Source: Candidatus Udaeobacter sp.
GTDB lineage: Bacteria > Patescibacteriota > Patescibacteriia > Magasanikbacterales > GWA2-37-8
Direction of reading: 5' to 3'
DNA length: 64,000 nucleotides
Assembly: GCA_035473115.1 (NCBI GenBank)
Contig: DATION010000006.1
Location: 521 to 64,520, forward strand
Below are positions 9,468 to 19,644 of the stretch, piece after piece. Position numbers and translations under genes: made by a program. Each line of letters opens with the position of its first letter. The stretch's first letter is position 1. A model generated the notes under the pieces. The model had not been told where the DNA came from. It did no database searches and saw nothing but the letters and a program-made list of their open reading frames with translations.

Positions 9468-12047
9468 ATGGAAGACAAAATAATAATCAAAGGAGCCAGA
9501 GTGCACAATTTAAAAAATGTTTCTTTGGAAATTCCCAAAAATAAAATGACAGTTTTTACCGGCGTATCCGGCAGTGGCAAGTCGTCGCTGGCTTTTGATA
9601 CTATTTTTGCCGAAGGCCAGCGCCGCTACATTGAATCTTTGTCGCCATATGCGCGGCAGTTTTTGGGCCAAATGGAACGGGCCGATGTGGATGAAATTAC
9701 TGGTCTGTCTCCGGCCATTGCCATTGGCCAGAAAGCTCTCAGTCATAATCCGCGCTCGATTGTGGGTACGCTCACCGAAATTTATGATTATCTGCGCGTG
9801 CTGTATGCGCGTTTGGGTGAAGTGTATTGTCCAACTGATGGCACCAAGATCGAAAAACTTTCTCCGGAAGAAATAGTTGATATTATTATTGGCATGGGCG
9901 CGGATTTAAAAGAAAAATTTGTGACAATTTTATCGCCGGTAGTGCGCGGCCGTAAAGGCGAGTATTATCAGATGCTGTATGACTTTTTAAATGAAGGCTA
10001 TGATCAGGCGCGCGTGGACGGAAAATTAATTTCTTTGCATGATCGAATCGAACTGTCTCGGTATAAAGTTCATAACATAGATATTGTAATGGATAGAGTA
10101 ATGATTAGCGATGAAACTCGTTTGTTTGAAGCGGTTGAAAATGCTTTGGCGCATAGCAAAGGGTTGGCCTCGGTAATTTTTCGCGAAGATAAGAAAGATG
10201 AACGCGCCAGATTATTTTCCAGTAATTGGTCTTGTCCGACTGATGGTTTTTCTTTTCCCGAAATTGAACCGCGCCTGTTTTCATTTAATAGTCCGGCCGG
10301 AGCCTGTGTAGCTTGCGGCGGCTTGGGGAAAACCGATATGTTTTCCAAAGTTATCTGTCCGGATTGCCAAGGAAAAAGATTAAAGCCGGAAGCCTTATCG
10401 GTAAGAATAAAAAATAAAAATATCTATGAAGTTTGCGCTTTGACGATAGAAGAAGCCCATGAATTTTTTAAAGATTATGAAAAAAATTTAAATGAACGCC
10501 AGCATTTAATTGCTCATAATGTGGTTAAAGAAATAAATGACCGCCTAAAGTTTTTATTGGAGGTTGGTCTTGATTATATTACTTTGATTCGTGAGGCGGA
10601 AACATTATCCGGTGGGGAAGCGCAGCGCATTCGTTTAGCTTCGCAGATTGGTTCGCATCTTTCTAATACATTATATGTTTTGGATGAGCCAACCATTGGT
10701 TTGCATGAACGTGATACGGAAAGATTGGTAAAAACTTTAAAATCTTTGCGTGATGAAAATAATACGGTGATTATTGTGGAGCATGATGAACGGACAATTA
10801 AAGAATCTGATTATTTGATTGATTTGGGGCCAATGGCAGGTGAGTTGGGCGGGGAAGTTGTTTTTGCTGATGATGCGCGGCCTATAATTGCGGATGCAGA
10901 AAAAAAATTATTAACTTTAAAACGAAAAGAAGCTGTGGTATCTGCTAAAGCCGAAAAAGCAAAACCAGTTTTTGATAATGGCAGATCACTTACCCTTAAA
11001 TATCTGACTGGAGAAAATAAAATTGAAGTGCCACAAAAGCGCCGTTGGAAAGAAACAGAAGAAATTTCTATCGTTGGCGCGCGAGCCAATAATTTAAAAA
11101 ATATTAATGTAAAAATTCCGTTGCGCAAGCTGGTCTGTATTTCCGGTGTGTCGGGCGGTGGCAAATCTTCGCTTTTGTATGATGTGCTTTATGAAAATAT
11201 TGTGCGGATAAAAAGCCGTTATAAAAAATTGGAAGATGTGGCCAAAATTACCGGTACGGAATATGTAGACAAGGCGATTATCGTTGATCAATCGCCAATT
11301 GGCCGTACACCAAGGTCTAATCCGGCAACTTACACCGGTATTTTTACGCCGATTCGTGATTTTTATGCCAGTTTGGAAGAATCCAGAATGCGCGGTTATA
11401 CGCATTCTCGGTTTTCTTTTAATGTGGCTGGCGGCCGCTGCGAAGCTTGTGAAGGCGCAGGCTTTAATGTGATTGAAATGCATTTTATGCCCGAAGTGGA
11501 AGTGCCGTGTGAAGTCTGTCATGGTAAAAGATTCAGTCGTGAAACTCTGCAAGTGAAACATAAAAATAAAAATATTAGCGATGTCTTGGAAATGACGGTC
11601 AATGAAGCCGTGAAGTTTTTTGAAAATATTTATTTGATTACTGATAAATTAAAAGTGTTGCAGGAAGTTGGTCTGGGTTACTTGCGTTTGGGTCAAAGCG
11701 CCACCACGCTTTCTGGCGGCGAGGCGCAGCGTATTAAATTAGCCAGAGAACTTACTGGTCCGCTGGGCAAGAAGACTTTGTATCTTTTGGATGAGCCAAC
11801 AGTTGGTTTGCATTACCATGATATTGAAATGCTATTAAAAGTTTTGAATAAATTGGTAGATAAAGGTAATTCGATTGTGGTAATTGAGCATAATTTGCAT
11901 ATTATAAAATGCGCGGATTATGTGATTGATATGGGGCCCGAAGGTGGAGCTAAAGGCGGAACCGTAGTGGCCAAAGGCACGCCCGAAGAAGTGGCGGATA
12001 ATCCAAATTCTTATACAGGCATGTATTTAAAAGAGTATTTGGATTAA
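9468..12047 (+). CDS. uvrA: Excinuclease ABC subunit A (insertion domain absent)
   Basis: Two ABC cassettes ([21 protein letters not shown]; [21 protein letters not shown]), Zn fingers; ATG 9468 ([11 protein letters not shown]) preferred. Confidence 0.97.
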   Translation: MEDKIIIKGARVHNLKNVSLEIPKNKMTVFTGVSGSGKSSLAFDTIFAEGQRRYIESLSPYARQFLGQMERADVDEITGLSPAIAIGQKALSHNPRSIVGTLTEIYDYLRVLYARLGEVYCPTDGTKIEKLSPEEIVDIIIGMGADLKEKFVTILSPVVRGRKGEYYQMLYDFLNEGYDQARVDGKLISLHDRIELSRYKVHNIDIVMDRVMISDETRLFEAVENALAHSKGLASVIFREDKKDERARLFSSNWSCPTDGFSFPEIEPRLFSFNSPAGACVACGGLGKTDMFSKVICPDCQGKRLKPEALSVRIKNKNIYEVCALTIEEAHEFFKDYEKNLNERQHLIAHNVVKEINDRLKFLLEVGLDYITLIREAETLSGGEAQRIRLASQIGSHLSNTLYVLDEPTIGLHERDTERLVKTLKSLRDENNTVIIVEHDERTIKESDYLIDLGPMAGELGGEVVFADDARPIIADAEKKLLTLKRKEAVVSAKAEKAKPVFDNGRSLTLKYLTGENKIEVPQKRRWKETEEISIVGARANNLKNINVKIPLRKLVCISGVSGGGKSSLLYDVLYENIVRIKSRYKKLEDVAKITGTEYVDKAIIVDQSPIGRTPRSNPATYTGIFTPIRDFYASLEESRMRGYTHSRFSFNVAGGRCEACEGAGFNVIEMHFMPEVEVPCEVCHGKRFSRETLQVKHKNKNISDVLEMTVNEAVKFFENIYLITDKLKVLQEVGLGYLRLGQSATTLSGGEAQRIKLARELTGPLGKKTLYLLDEPTVGLHYHDIEMLLKVLNKLVDKGNSIVVIEHNLHIIKCADYVIDMGPEGGAKGGTVVAKGTPEEVADNPNSYTGMYLKEYLD

Positions 12048-12089
12048 AATAAGTGTATAAATATCTGTCCATCACATGTTATCCTTCAT

Positions 12090-12545
12090 ATGAAAAAAAC
12101 TATTATTTCATCTCTAGCCGCGCTATTTTTTGTGGGATTAGTAATTGTAATTTTACAAAATCGTCGGCCATCCGCGCCTTTGAGTTCGCTTGACTTGACC
12201 AGTCCGCAACCCGGATTAGTTGTTGATACGCCAAAAGTAAATGCTTTGGTATCTTCGCCGCTAATTGTATCTGGGTATGTGGAAGGCAAAAACAGTTGGG
12301 GTGGATTTGAAGGCCAAGCGGGAACAGTCAAGTTGGTTGATAGTAATGGAAAATTTTTGGCAATGGATGTTTTAAAAGCGACAACTGATTGGACAAAACG
12401 GCCGACCAGTTTTACTGCCAGTTTAAATTTTGCTGCGCCGCAAACTACCAATGGCGCGCTAGTTTTTAGAAATGAAAATCCAACTGGCAATCCGGAGTTT
12501 GATCGAGAGTTTCGTTTATTAGTTAAATTTAAATGGGATGAATAA
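12090..12545 (+). CDS. Membrane-anchored Gmad2-type Ig-like domain protein
   Basis: N-terminal TM; VSSPLIVSG..FEG..VKLVDSNG..F.ASL.F..NPTG pattern. Confidence 0.7.
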   Translation: MKKTIISSLAALFFVGLVIVILQNRRPSAPLSSLDLTSPQPGLVVDTPKVNALVSSPLIVSGYVEGKNSWGGFEGQAGTVKLVDSNGKFLAMDVLKATTDWTKRPTSFTASLNFAAPQTTNGALVFRNENPTGNPEFDREFRLLVKFKWDE

Positions 12546-13704
12546 CTTACAAGAATCTGTAAAAGAATTTCCTTTATCTCCGGGAGTCTATATTTGGCGA
12601 GATAAAAATAATAAGCCGCTCTATGTTGGCCGGGCCACTTCTTTGCGTCGGCGAGTTTTACAATATTTCCGCAAAGATATTGATCCGCGCATCGGCGAGA
12701 TGGTGAGTTTGGCTAGTAAAGTTGAGCACCATCAAACGGCTAGTGTTTTGGAAGCGATTATTTTGGAAGCCAATTTAATAAAAAAATATTGGCCAAAGTA
12801 TAATGTTAAAGATAAAGATAATCGTTCATTTATTTATATTGTTTTTGCCAAAACTGATTTTCCTAAGCCGATCATTGTTCGGGGTAGGGAGTTAGAAAGT
12901 TTCCCTAAATCATCAGCACGGATTTTTGGTCCATACCAAAGTTTAACTTTAGTTCGCAATGCTTTAAAAATTATTCGGCGAATTTTTCCATATAGCACTT
13001 GTTTGCCAACTGGGAAGGCTTGTTTTGAACACCAAGTCGGTTTATGTCCGGGAGTTTGTGTGGGCGCGATAAGCAAACAAGATTATCAGAAAAATATTAA
13101 TAATATAATTTTACTTTTAAAAGGCGAAAAAAATCGGTTGTTAAAAAAACTAACTAAAGAAAACCCGGCAGCTGCTTTGGCTCTAAAACATTTTCAAGAT
13201 GTTACTTTAATTTCTCGGGAAGAATTTGAAGCCGGAGAGCAGAAGTTTAATCGCATTGAAGGTTATGATATTTCGCATTTTGCTGGCAAGGAAGTTTATG
13301 GTTCAATGGTCGTATTTACCAATGGCCAGCCGGACAAAAGCCAGTATCGGTTATTTAAAATAAAAACAGTGACCAATAATGATTTAGATGCTTTAAAAGA
13401 AATGATGGAACGCCGGTTAAAACATACAGAATGGCCAACACCAGATCTGATTTTGATTGATGGCGGCAAGCCGCAGATTGATTATTTAAGCAAAACGATG
13501 GTTGATTTTCAGGTTAAGTTTCCTTTCTTGGGACTCTCAAAGTTAAATGGTGATCATTTGGTATATCCTTCAGGAACAAAAAATGTGTTCAAGGACTTGG
13601 CGCTAACAATTAAAAGAACTCTGCAGGCTGTACGCGATGAAGCGCATCGTTTTGCCAATCGCGGCCGCAGCCGACGCTATAACTTGGATAATTTTGGCAG
13701 ATAA
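12538..13704 (+). CDS. uvrC: Excinuclease ABC subunit C, short form (no UVR, no HhH)
   Basis: GIY-YIG (GVYIW..LYVGRA), 4-Cys cluster, RIEGYDISH / DLILIDGG / RDEAHRFA 5' endonuclease domain. Confidence 0.92.
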   Translation: MNNLQESVKEFPLSPGVYIWRDKNNKPLYVGRATSLRRRVLQYFRKDIDPRIGEMVSLASKVEHHQTASVLEAIILEANLIKKYWPKYNVKDKDNRSFIYIVFAKTDFPKPIIVRGRELESFPKSSARIFGPYQSLTLVRNALKIIRRIFPYSTCLPTGKACFEHQVGLCPGVCVGAISKQDYQKNINNIILLLKGEKNRLLKKLTKENPAAALALKHFQDVTLISREEFEAGEQKFNRIEGYDISHFAGKEVYGSMVVFTNGQPDKSQYRLFKIKTVTNNDLDALKEMMERRLKHTEWPTPDLILIDGGKPQIDYLSKTMVDFQVKFPFLGLSKLNGDHLVYPSGTKNVFKDLALTIKRTLQAVRDEAHRFANRGRSRRYNLDNFGR

Positions 13705-13720
13705 AATGACGGCTGTTAGC

Positions 13721-13749
13721 TTGACTTTTGGAGTGGGGAGTGGTATAAG
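13721..13749 (+). promoter_or_regulatory. Sigma70-type promoter of small-peptide cassette
   Basis: TTGACT-17nt-TATAAG with TG extension. Confidence 0.65.
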
Positions 13750-13768
13750 TCAAGCAAGGAGGTTCAGG

Positions 13769-13873
13769 ATGAATAGGAAGGAAAAAATAGCTGTTGCTGT
13801 TTTGGTAATCATCGCAGCACCACTCGCTGTTTTTGTAGCTGGTGTTGCTTTGGCGACCTGTGGTGGTCTTTAA
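13769..13873 (+). CDS. 34-aa hydrophobic small protein MNRKEKIAVAVLVIIAAPLAVFVAGVALATCGGL
   Basis: AAGGAGG SD upstream of ATG, own promoter and terminator, single TM helix. Confidence 0.65.
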   Translation: MNRKEKIAVAVLVIIAAPLAVFVAGVALATCGGL

Positions 13874-13915
13874 TAAGCCACAAGTTGCTTTAGTTAGTTG
13901 TTCTTTTCGTCGTCG

Positions 13916-13957
13916 TCTCTGTTGTCGCTTCGGTGGCTTCAGAGATTTTGTTTTTTT
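13916..13957 (+). terminator. Intrinsic terminator with cUUCGg loop
   Basis: tctctg-tt-gtcgc-ttcg-gtggc-tt-cagaga then ttttgttttttt. Confidence 0.75.
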
Positions 13958-13966
13958 ATTTAATCA

Positions 13967-13995
13967 TTGACTTTTTACTCGTAAAATAGTATAAG
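13967..13995 (+). promoter_or_regulatory. Sigma70-type promoter of 14035 cassette
   Basis: TTGACT-17nt-TATAAG; same hexamers as the promoter at 13721. Confidence 0.65.
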
Positions 13996-14034
13996 TGAGC
14001 TACCAAGGTTTTTGATCAAACAAAGAGGAGTTCT

Positions 14035-14370
14035 TTGAATATGGAAGATCTGATTTTCCGGCTTATCTTTTGTCTCTGGAGAGCCAGCAGTAAGACACTA
14101 TCGATAGTTACGCTGGAAGGATGGCGTTTTCGTCGATGGGAAAAAAATCATCCTTCGCTTGAAGCTCTGCAAGCCCGGGAGCGTAGGTTGCAGGAGTTGC
14201 ACAGCCTAAATGAAATAGATATAGAGGCTATAAAGGAGCGTTGGCCTCTAGGTACGCCCCCTACAGTGGAGCTTACCAGTAGGCTTGTCAGGAGAGGAAA
14301 CATCAGCAAAGAGTTATTAAAACTCAGACAAGCCATCGAGAGAAAGAGGTCATGGCAAAGATTAGTTTAG
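14035..14370 (+). CDS. Orphan basic hypothetical protein (start TTG 14035 or ATG 14041)
   Basis: GAGGAG SD, own promoter, terminator at 14392-14433. Confidence 0.65.
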   Translation: MNMEDLIFRLIFCLWRASSKTLSIVTLEGWRFRRWEKNHPSLEALQARERRLQELHSLNEIDIEAIKERWPLGTPPTVELTSRLVRRGNISKELLKLRQAIERKRSWQRLV

Positions 14371-14391
14371 TCGTTCGTTCATTGTTTTGTC

Positions 14392-14433
14392 GCCGTCACC
14401 GGAGAGGTCTCTGGGGGCGGTTGTTGTTTTTTT
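14392..14433 (+). terminator. Intrinsic terminator
   Basis: gccgtc-accggaga..tctctgg-gggcggt hairpin then tgttgttttttt. Confidence 0.65.
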
Positions 14434-14478
14434 ATTTAGATTTTCTAAAAACAATTTTTAGTGTACAATATATATTGT

Positions 14479-15432
14479 ATGTTAAATATTTATAATCCCA
14501 ATAATCATGACGGTGATAAAACAGTTCCGATTCTAAAAAACGGAGCGGTAAATCATCCGGCTGGTGTGGATTTTACAAAATACGAAGATCCAAATAAAGA
14601 ATTTACTTCCCAGGAATTAAAATGGGGTTTTTGGTATGTAAAAAATAAAGCTTTTTTAAATAAATTTTTATTAATTATTTTAATTGGTATAAATGCGGTT
14701 TTAGTTTTTTTTAGTTTATGGCGATGGGGGAGTTATTTTTTAGATTGGCAGAACTCTCGGCAGACCGAAGCTAACTTGGCGGCCGGAGTCAATTATACCG
14801 GTCTGCAAGCTCATTTTAGCGCTCAGCCAATTCAGGCGGTAAATACGCAAATTTTCCCTAGCCGATCAAATAAGTATGACGCCGTGGCGGAGCTGATAAA
14901 CCCTAATAGCCGGTTTTTGGCAACGTTCAATTATTATTTTATTATTGATGGTGAAAAAACTCCGCTGCAAAAAACTTTTTTATTGCCCGGAGAAAATAGG
15001 TTGGTTACCTATTTGGGCATAAAAAATGGTACTGGCGGTACGCCAACAATTGTTTTAGAGAATATTGAGTATCAGCGCATTTCAGCTCATGAAGTTCCGG
15101 ATGCTGTTAGTTGGCAAGCTTATAGATTAAATTTTAAAGTTAGCGATTTTGTCTTTCTAAAATCTTTGGCTCAAGAAGGAATTAATACCGATGCTATTCA
15201 ATTTAAGCTTACTAATGCCAGTCCGTATAATTACGCGGCGCCGGATTTTTATGTAGCGCTTATGCAAAATGGACAGATGGTTGGTGTTTTGCCTCTTCAT
15301 CTGGATTCAATAAAATCTTTAGAGACAAAAGATATTGATCTGCGCTATTTTTTTGGCAATTTAAACATAAGCGAAATTGCGCTTTATCCGATTATCAATG
15401 TGTATGATAAAGGAGCCTACTTAGCTCCCTAG
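14479..15432 (+). CDS. Hypothetical single-pass membrane protein with beta-rich extracellular domain
   Basis: Long ORF with TM FLLIILIGINAVLVFFSLW; co-oriented with the SEDS gene. Confidence 0.8.
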   Translation: MLNIYNPNNHDGDKTVPILKNGAVNHPAGVDFTKYEDPNKEFTSQELKWGFWYVKNKAFLNKFLLIILIGINAVLVFFSLWRWGSYFLDWQNSRQTEANLAAGVNYTGLQAHFSAQPIQAVNTQIFPSRSNKYDAVAELINPNSRFLATFNYYFIIDGEKTPLQKTFLLPGENRLVTYLGIKNGTGGTPTIVLENIEYQRISAHEVPDAVSWQAYRLNFKVSDFVFLKSLAQEGINTDAIQFKLTNASPYNYAAPDFYVALMQNGQMVGVLPLHLDSIKSLETKDIDLRYFFGNLNISEIALYPIINVYDKGAYLAP

Positions 15433-15447
15433 AACCACAGTTAATGT

Positions 15448-16542
15448 ATGTTAAGTTTTAATAAACTTTCACCGCGCAGTTTTGATTGGCCTCTTTTTAC
15501 GGCCGTTATTTTATTGGTTATGATGGGGATGGCCGCAGTTTATAGCGTTGACCTGTCTCGCGGCTCAGATCTGTTTTATTTTAAAAAACAGCTTTTGGCT
15601 TTGAGTATTGGCCTATTTTTTTTATTTGCAGCCGGATTAAGCCAGCATACTCTTTGGCGTTACTTGGCGAAGTGGTGGTATCTGTTTTCTTTATTATTAA
15701 TGGTTTCAGTTTTAGTTTTTGGAGCAACTATCCGTGGCACTAAAGGCTGGTTTTCTTTGGCCGGATTTTCTTTCCAGCCGGTAGAGATGGCCAAGATCGG
15801 TCTGATTTTAATGATTGCTTATATAATTTCTCGTTTTGGCCGCAGGTTTGATCATCCTTTATTTTTTTTCGGTTCGGGATTTTTTAGTTTTTTGCTTTTA
15901 ATTTTAACTATGTTGCAGCCGGATTTAGGTTCGGCGGTACTTTTGGGAATCATTTGGCTCGGTATGATTTGGGCGGTAGGGGCGCGGCGATTATATTTAG
16001 TCTTGTTGGCGATCGCAGTAGTAACTTTAGCAATCATCGGTTGGTTTTTTTTCTTAAAAGATTATCAAAAAGACCGTCTGGCTAATTTTATTAATCCGAG
16101 CCGGGATCCTTGGGTTAGCGGTTATAATGTCAATCAGTCAATTATCGCAGTTGGAGCGGGTAAAGTATTAGGCCGTGGTTTAGGTTTTGGTTCGCAGAGT
16201 CAGCTGCGGTTTTTGCCCGAAGCGCAAACCGATTTTATTTTTTCAGTTATTGGCGAAGAATTGGGTTTGGTGGGAGTGATAACTATGTTGGCTTTATTTG
16301 GGATACTGTTTTGGCGATTGCTGCTGATAATTCAAAAGTCAGATGACGATTTTGTGGCAGCCACGGCTACCGGTATTTTAGTTCTGTTTTTTTCTCAGCT
16401 GTTTATAAATGTTGGAGCCAATCTTGGTATTTTACCTGTTACCGGAGTTACCTTGCCATTTGTCAGTTATGGTGGGTCTTCTTTGATTATAAATCTGCTG
16501 CTGGTGGGTATCCTAGAAAGTATGATGATAAGGCGGTATTAG
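15448..16542 (+). CDS. rodA: SEDS family peptidoglycan polymerase (RodA/FtsW)
   Basis: FQPVEMAK, LQPDLGSA, GYNVNQSIIAVGAG, LPEAQTDFIFSVIGEE, LPFVSYGGSS. Confidence 0.9.
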   Translation: MLSFNKLSPRSFDWPLFTAVILLVMMGMAAVYSVDLSRGSDLFYFKKQLLALSIGLFFLFAAGLSQHTLWRYLAKWWYLFSLLLMVSVLVFGATIRGTKGWFSLAGFSFQPVEMAKIGLILMIAYIISRFGRRFDHPLFFFGSGFFSFLLLILTMLQPDLGSAVLLGIIWLGMIWAVGARRLYLVLLAIAVVTLAIIGWFFFLKDYQKDRLANFINPSRDPWVSGYNVNQSIIAVGAGKVLGRGLGFGSQSQLRFLPEAQTDFIFSVIGEELGLVGVITMLALFGILFWRLLLIIQKSDDDFVAATATGILVLFFSQLFINVGANLGILPVTGVTLPFVSYGGSSLIINLLLVGILESMMIRRY

Positions 16543-16592
16543 GTATTGACAAAATCCGCAAAATAATTTAGTATTAGTCCATAGAAAAATAT

Positions 16593-16961
16593 ATGTTGCC
16601 AAATGACAAAAAATCAGATTCTTGGCGAAAAACTCTAAAGTTGATCAGCCACTGTCCGATTTGTGGCCATGATTATAAGTCAAAATCAAGCAAACTATTT
16701 ATAAACGAGAGCGAGGCCAGATTTGTTCATTTTACCTGCGATCACTGTCAAAGCAACTTTATGGCTATGGTCATGATGCTGCCCAAAGGTATGAGTACGG
16801 TAGGAATGGTGACAGATTTAAGTTTAAAAGACGTTGAAAAATTATATAAATTATCGCCAATTACGGTAGATGAAGCGATAGAAGGACACAAAATTTTTAA
16901 TAATCCGGATTTTATCAGCGCTCTCAAGCGCAATCCCGAATCGGCGGGGACAAATTACTAA
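16593..16961 (+). CDS. Zinc-ribbon hypothetical protein
   Basis: CPIC...HFTCDHC; upstream TTGACA-17-TAGTAT at 16546-16574. Confidence 0.8.
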   Translation: MLPNDKKSDSWRKTLKLISHCPICGHDYKSKSSKLFINESEARFVHFTCDHCQSNFMAMVMMLPKGMSTVGMVTDLSLKDVEKLYKLSPITVDEAIEGHKIFNNPDFISALKRNPESAGTNY

Positions 16962-16973
16962 CATTATTATTGT

Positions 16974-17678
16974 ATGACATTCAAAATTGTAGCGGCTACC
17001 AGAACAGAAAAAGGAGAAAAAATTAGAACCAAGACTGCTCTTCCAGCCGTAGTTTACGGTATGGGCGGACCGGCCGCTTCCGTAACTTTGAATTACGAAG
17101 ATTTTGCCAAGCTTTATGAACAAGCCGGTGAAGCTAGTTTGATCGATTTATTTTTGGGAGACAAAGCTGACGGCAAAGTTTTGATTCAAGACATTGCTTA
17201 TGATCCGGTTTCTGATCGTATGGTGCATGTTGATTTGCGCCGCATTGATATGAACAAAGAAATGACTGCGACTGTAGAGTTAAGATTTACCGGCGAATCA
17301 CCAGTTATTAAAGCTCAAGGTGGTACTTTAATGCGCAATCTTGAATCTGTAGAAGTAAAATGTTTGCCAAAAGATCTTGTTTCTCACATTGATGTTGATT
17401 TAAATGTGTTAAATACCTTTGATGACGTTATTAAAATTAAGAATTTGACTGTTCCAGCTGGAATCACTATTACCAGTCCTCATGCCGAAGACTTGGTAGC
17501 CAAAGCTACCGCCGCTTTGACTGAAGAAGAAATCAAAGCTATGGAAGCAGCTTCTGCTCCAGTTGATTTGAGCAAGATTGAAACAGCTGGCAAGAAGAAA
17601 GAAGAAGCTGAAGAAGGCGCCGAAGAAGGCAAGCCTGCAGCTGCTGAAAAGGAAGAGAAGAAAGAAGAAAAGAAATAA
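16974..17678 (+). CDS. rplY: 50S ribosomal protein L25 / Ctc form
   Basis: LPAVVYG, HVDLRRI, TL5-type C-domain, charged tail. Confidence 0.95.
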   Translation: MTFKIVAATRTEKGEKIRTKTALPAVVYGMGGPAASVTLNYEDFAKLYEQAGEASLIDLFLGDKADGKVLIQDIAYDPVSDRMVHVDLRRIDMNKEMTATVELRFTGESPVIKAQGGTLMRNLESVEVKCLPKDLVSHIDVDLNVLNTFDDVIKIKNLTVPAGITITSPHAEDLVAKATAALTEEEIKAMEAASAPVDLSKIETAGKKKEEAEEGAEEGKPAAAEKEEKKEEKK

Positions 17679-17686
17679 TTATAAAA

Positions 17687-17722
17687 AAATAAAACACTCC
17701 AATATCGGAGTGTTTTATTTTT
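17687..17722 (+). terminator. Intrinsic terminator after rplY
   Basis: aaaataaaacactcc / ggagtgttttatttt inverted repeat. Confidence 0.8.
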
Positions 17723-17750
17723 TAGTTAAATTTTGGTATAGTATAAGGGT

Positions 17751-18800
17751 ATGTTACGTAAGTATTGGCCGCCGATTATTATTTTAACTTTAATTTCCCT
17801 GACTGCAATTACGGGGTTATTTTTTTATTTTTATCCATCGCAAGAATTATTGCGCGCCGCGGAAAATAACGAATCAGTTTCAGTTTCTGCGGCCAAATAT
17901 TTAAATCCTTTGGATGGCACGCCAGTTAAAACAAAAGCGGATTCCGTAGTGCAAGTTGTAGGAATAATGATAGATAACCATCCCGACGCGCGTCCCGAAT
18001 CAGGAGTTTCTAAAGCCAAAATAGTTTATGAAGTGCCGGTTGAGGGTGGCATTACTCGCTACTTTGCTATCTTTGATAGTAAGCAGGTTGTGTCAGAAGT
18101 CGGGCCGGTGCGTAGCGCTCGATCTTATTTTTTGGATTGGCTGCAAGAGTACGGCAATGGATTGTATTTGCATTCTGGCGGTTCACCGGAAGCTTTGAAT
18201 TTAATTAAATCTAGGAAAATTTTTGATGCCAATGAATTTTTCTGGGGGGAGTACTACTGGCGAAGCCAAGATAGAGAAGCGCCGCATAATTTGTATACTA
18301 GCAGTGATAATTGGCAGAAAATTATTAATCAATACGGGAGTACCAGTTCATTATTTACCGCGTATAAAGCTTGGAAATACGCTCGTACGGTTGGAGAGAC
18401 AGCCGCAACTTCCAGTTTATTAACAATTCCTTATGATCAGTATTACACAGTGACCTGGAATTATAACTCTAAAGAATTAAATTATAGCCGCAGCCGTAAT
18501 GATAAAAAAGAGATTGATAAAGACGTAACGCCAGTCACCGCTCGAAATATTTTGGTGCAAATAACTAAAGTTGCAGATATTGCTAATGATGACAAAGGCC
18601 GTAAAGCGCTGGTTACAGTCGGCAGCGGTGACGCCATAATTTTAAAAAAAGGCGCGGTTATTTATGGAACTTGGAAAAAAAGTTCTCTTGCCAGCCGCAC
18701 TCGGTTTTACACTAAAGATAACAAAGAAGTAGTTTTGGTGCCGGGTAATACTTGGGTGCAGGTGGTGCCGAGCGATGTGAATGTAGAGGTGTCTCGCTAA
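17751..18800 (+). CDS. DUF3048 (YerB-like) domain membrane-anchored protein
   Basis: IMIDNHPDARP.SG, YEVPVEGGITR, GPVRSAR.YF, REAPHNLY, GNTWVQVVP. Confidence 0.88.
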   Translation: MLRKYWPPIIILTLISLTAITGLFFYFYPSQELLRAAENNESVSVSAAKYLNPLDGTPVKTKADSVVQVVGIMIDNHPDARPESGVSKAKIVYEVPVEGGITRYFAIFDSKQVVSEVGPVRSARSYFLDWLQEYGNGLYLHSGGSPEALNLIKSRKIFDANEFFWGEYYWRSQDREAPHNLYTSSDNWQKIINQYGSTSSLFTAYKAWKYARTVGETAATSSLLTIPYDQYYTVTWNYNSKELNYSRSRNDKKEIDKDVTPVTARNILVQITKVADIANDDKGRKALVTVGSGDAIILKKGAVIYGTWKKSSLASRTRFYTKDNKEVVLVPGNTWVQVVPSDVNVEVSR

Positions 18801-18804
18801 TTTT

Positions 18805-19644
18805 TTAGTTTATTATTTTTACCAATCGATCTAGCCCAGCCAGATCTTTTTTAATTTCTATATTAGAATCAGGAAGATATTGTTTTATTATTTTTATAAT
18901 TTCCTCAGATTGCGATGGGTCAATCTCTAAAAATATGCTGGCAGATATTTGAGCAAGTTTAATTTGTTGTAATAATTCTTCATAAAGAGCCAAGCCGTTA
19001 TTTTTTGCCACCAGAGCATTTTTTGGTTCACGCCAGATTGATGGTTCGGTTTGAAATTGTTTTTCGGTAAGATAGGGGAGGTTGGCAGTGATAATAATTT
19101 CTGAATCAGAGGCAGTTGATTTTATAGTTTGAATAATTGGTCGCAATAAATTTCCTTGATAAAAATTTATATCAGTACTATGGTTTTTTGCATTCTTTCT
19201 GGCAATTTTTAAAGCTTCTTTAGAAATATCAATGGCAATTGTGTTTATGTTTTTATTAACTAGTGTTTTTCTGATTGAAATCGGAATACAGCCGCTGCCA
19301 GTGCCAACATCAATTAGTATTATTTTTTTATCAATTTTATTAATTTCCGCAATCGCTTTGTCAACCATAATTTCTGTGTCTGGGCGAGGGATAAGCGTAT
19401 ATTTATTTACAGAAAAATCCAGTCCATAAAATTCTTTATGTTTTATAATGGCGGCCACCGAGTAGCCGTGTTTTCTTTGGCAGGTAAAATAAACTAGCTT
19501 AAAATATTGGAATAAAGACAGTTTGTGTTCAGGACGAGCGAAAATAAAAGATTTATCTTTATGTAAAATTTCAGCTAGAAAAATTTCCAATTCTCTTGGA
19601 TCTAAATCCTTAAATTTAATTAAAATATCTTTAATTCTTTTCAT
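18805..19644 (-). CDS. prmC: Release factor glutamine methyltransferase
   Basis: KEFYGL, LIPRPDTE, DVGTGSGCI, ANLPY, KKDLAGLDR; ATG 19644 preferred. Confidence 0.93.
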   Translation of the reverse strand: MKRIKDILIKFKDLDPRELEIFLAEILHKDKSFIFARPEHKLSLFQYFKLVYFTCQRKHGYSVAAIIKHKEFYGLDFSVNKYTLIPRPDTEIMVDKAIAEINKIDKKIILIDVGTGSGCIPISIRKTLVNKNINTIAIDISKEALKIARKNAKNHSTDINFYQGNLLRPIIQTIKSTASDSEIIITANLPYLTEKQFQTEPSIWREPKNALVAKNNGLALYEELLQQIKLAQISASIFLEIDPSQSEEIIKIIKQYLPDSNIEIKKDLAGLDRLVKIIN

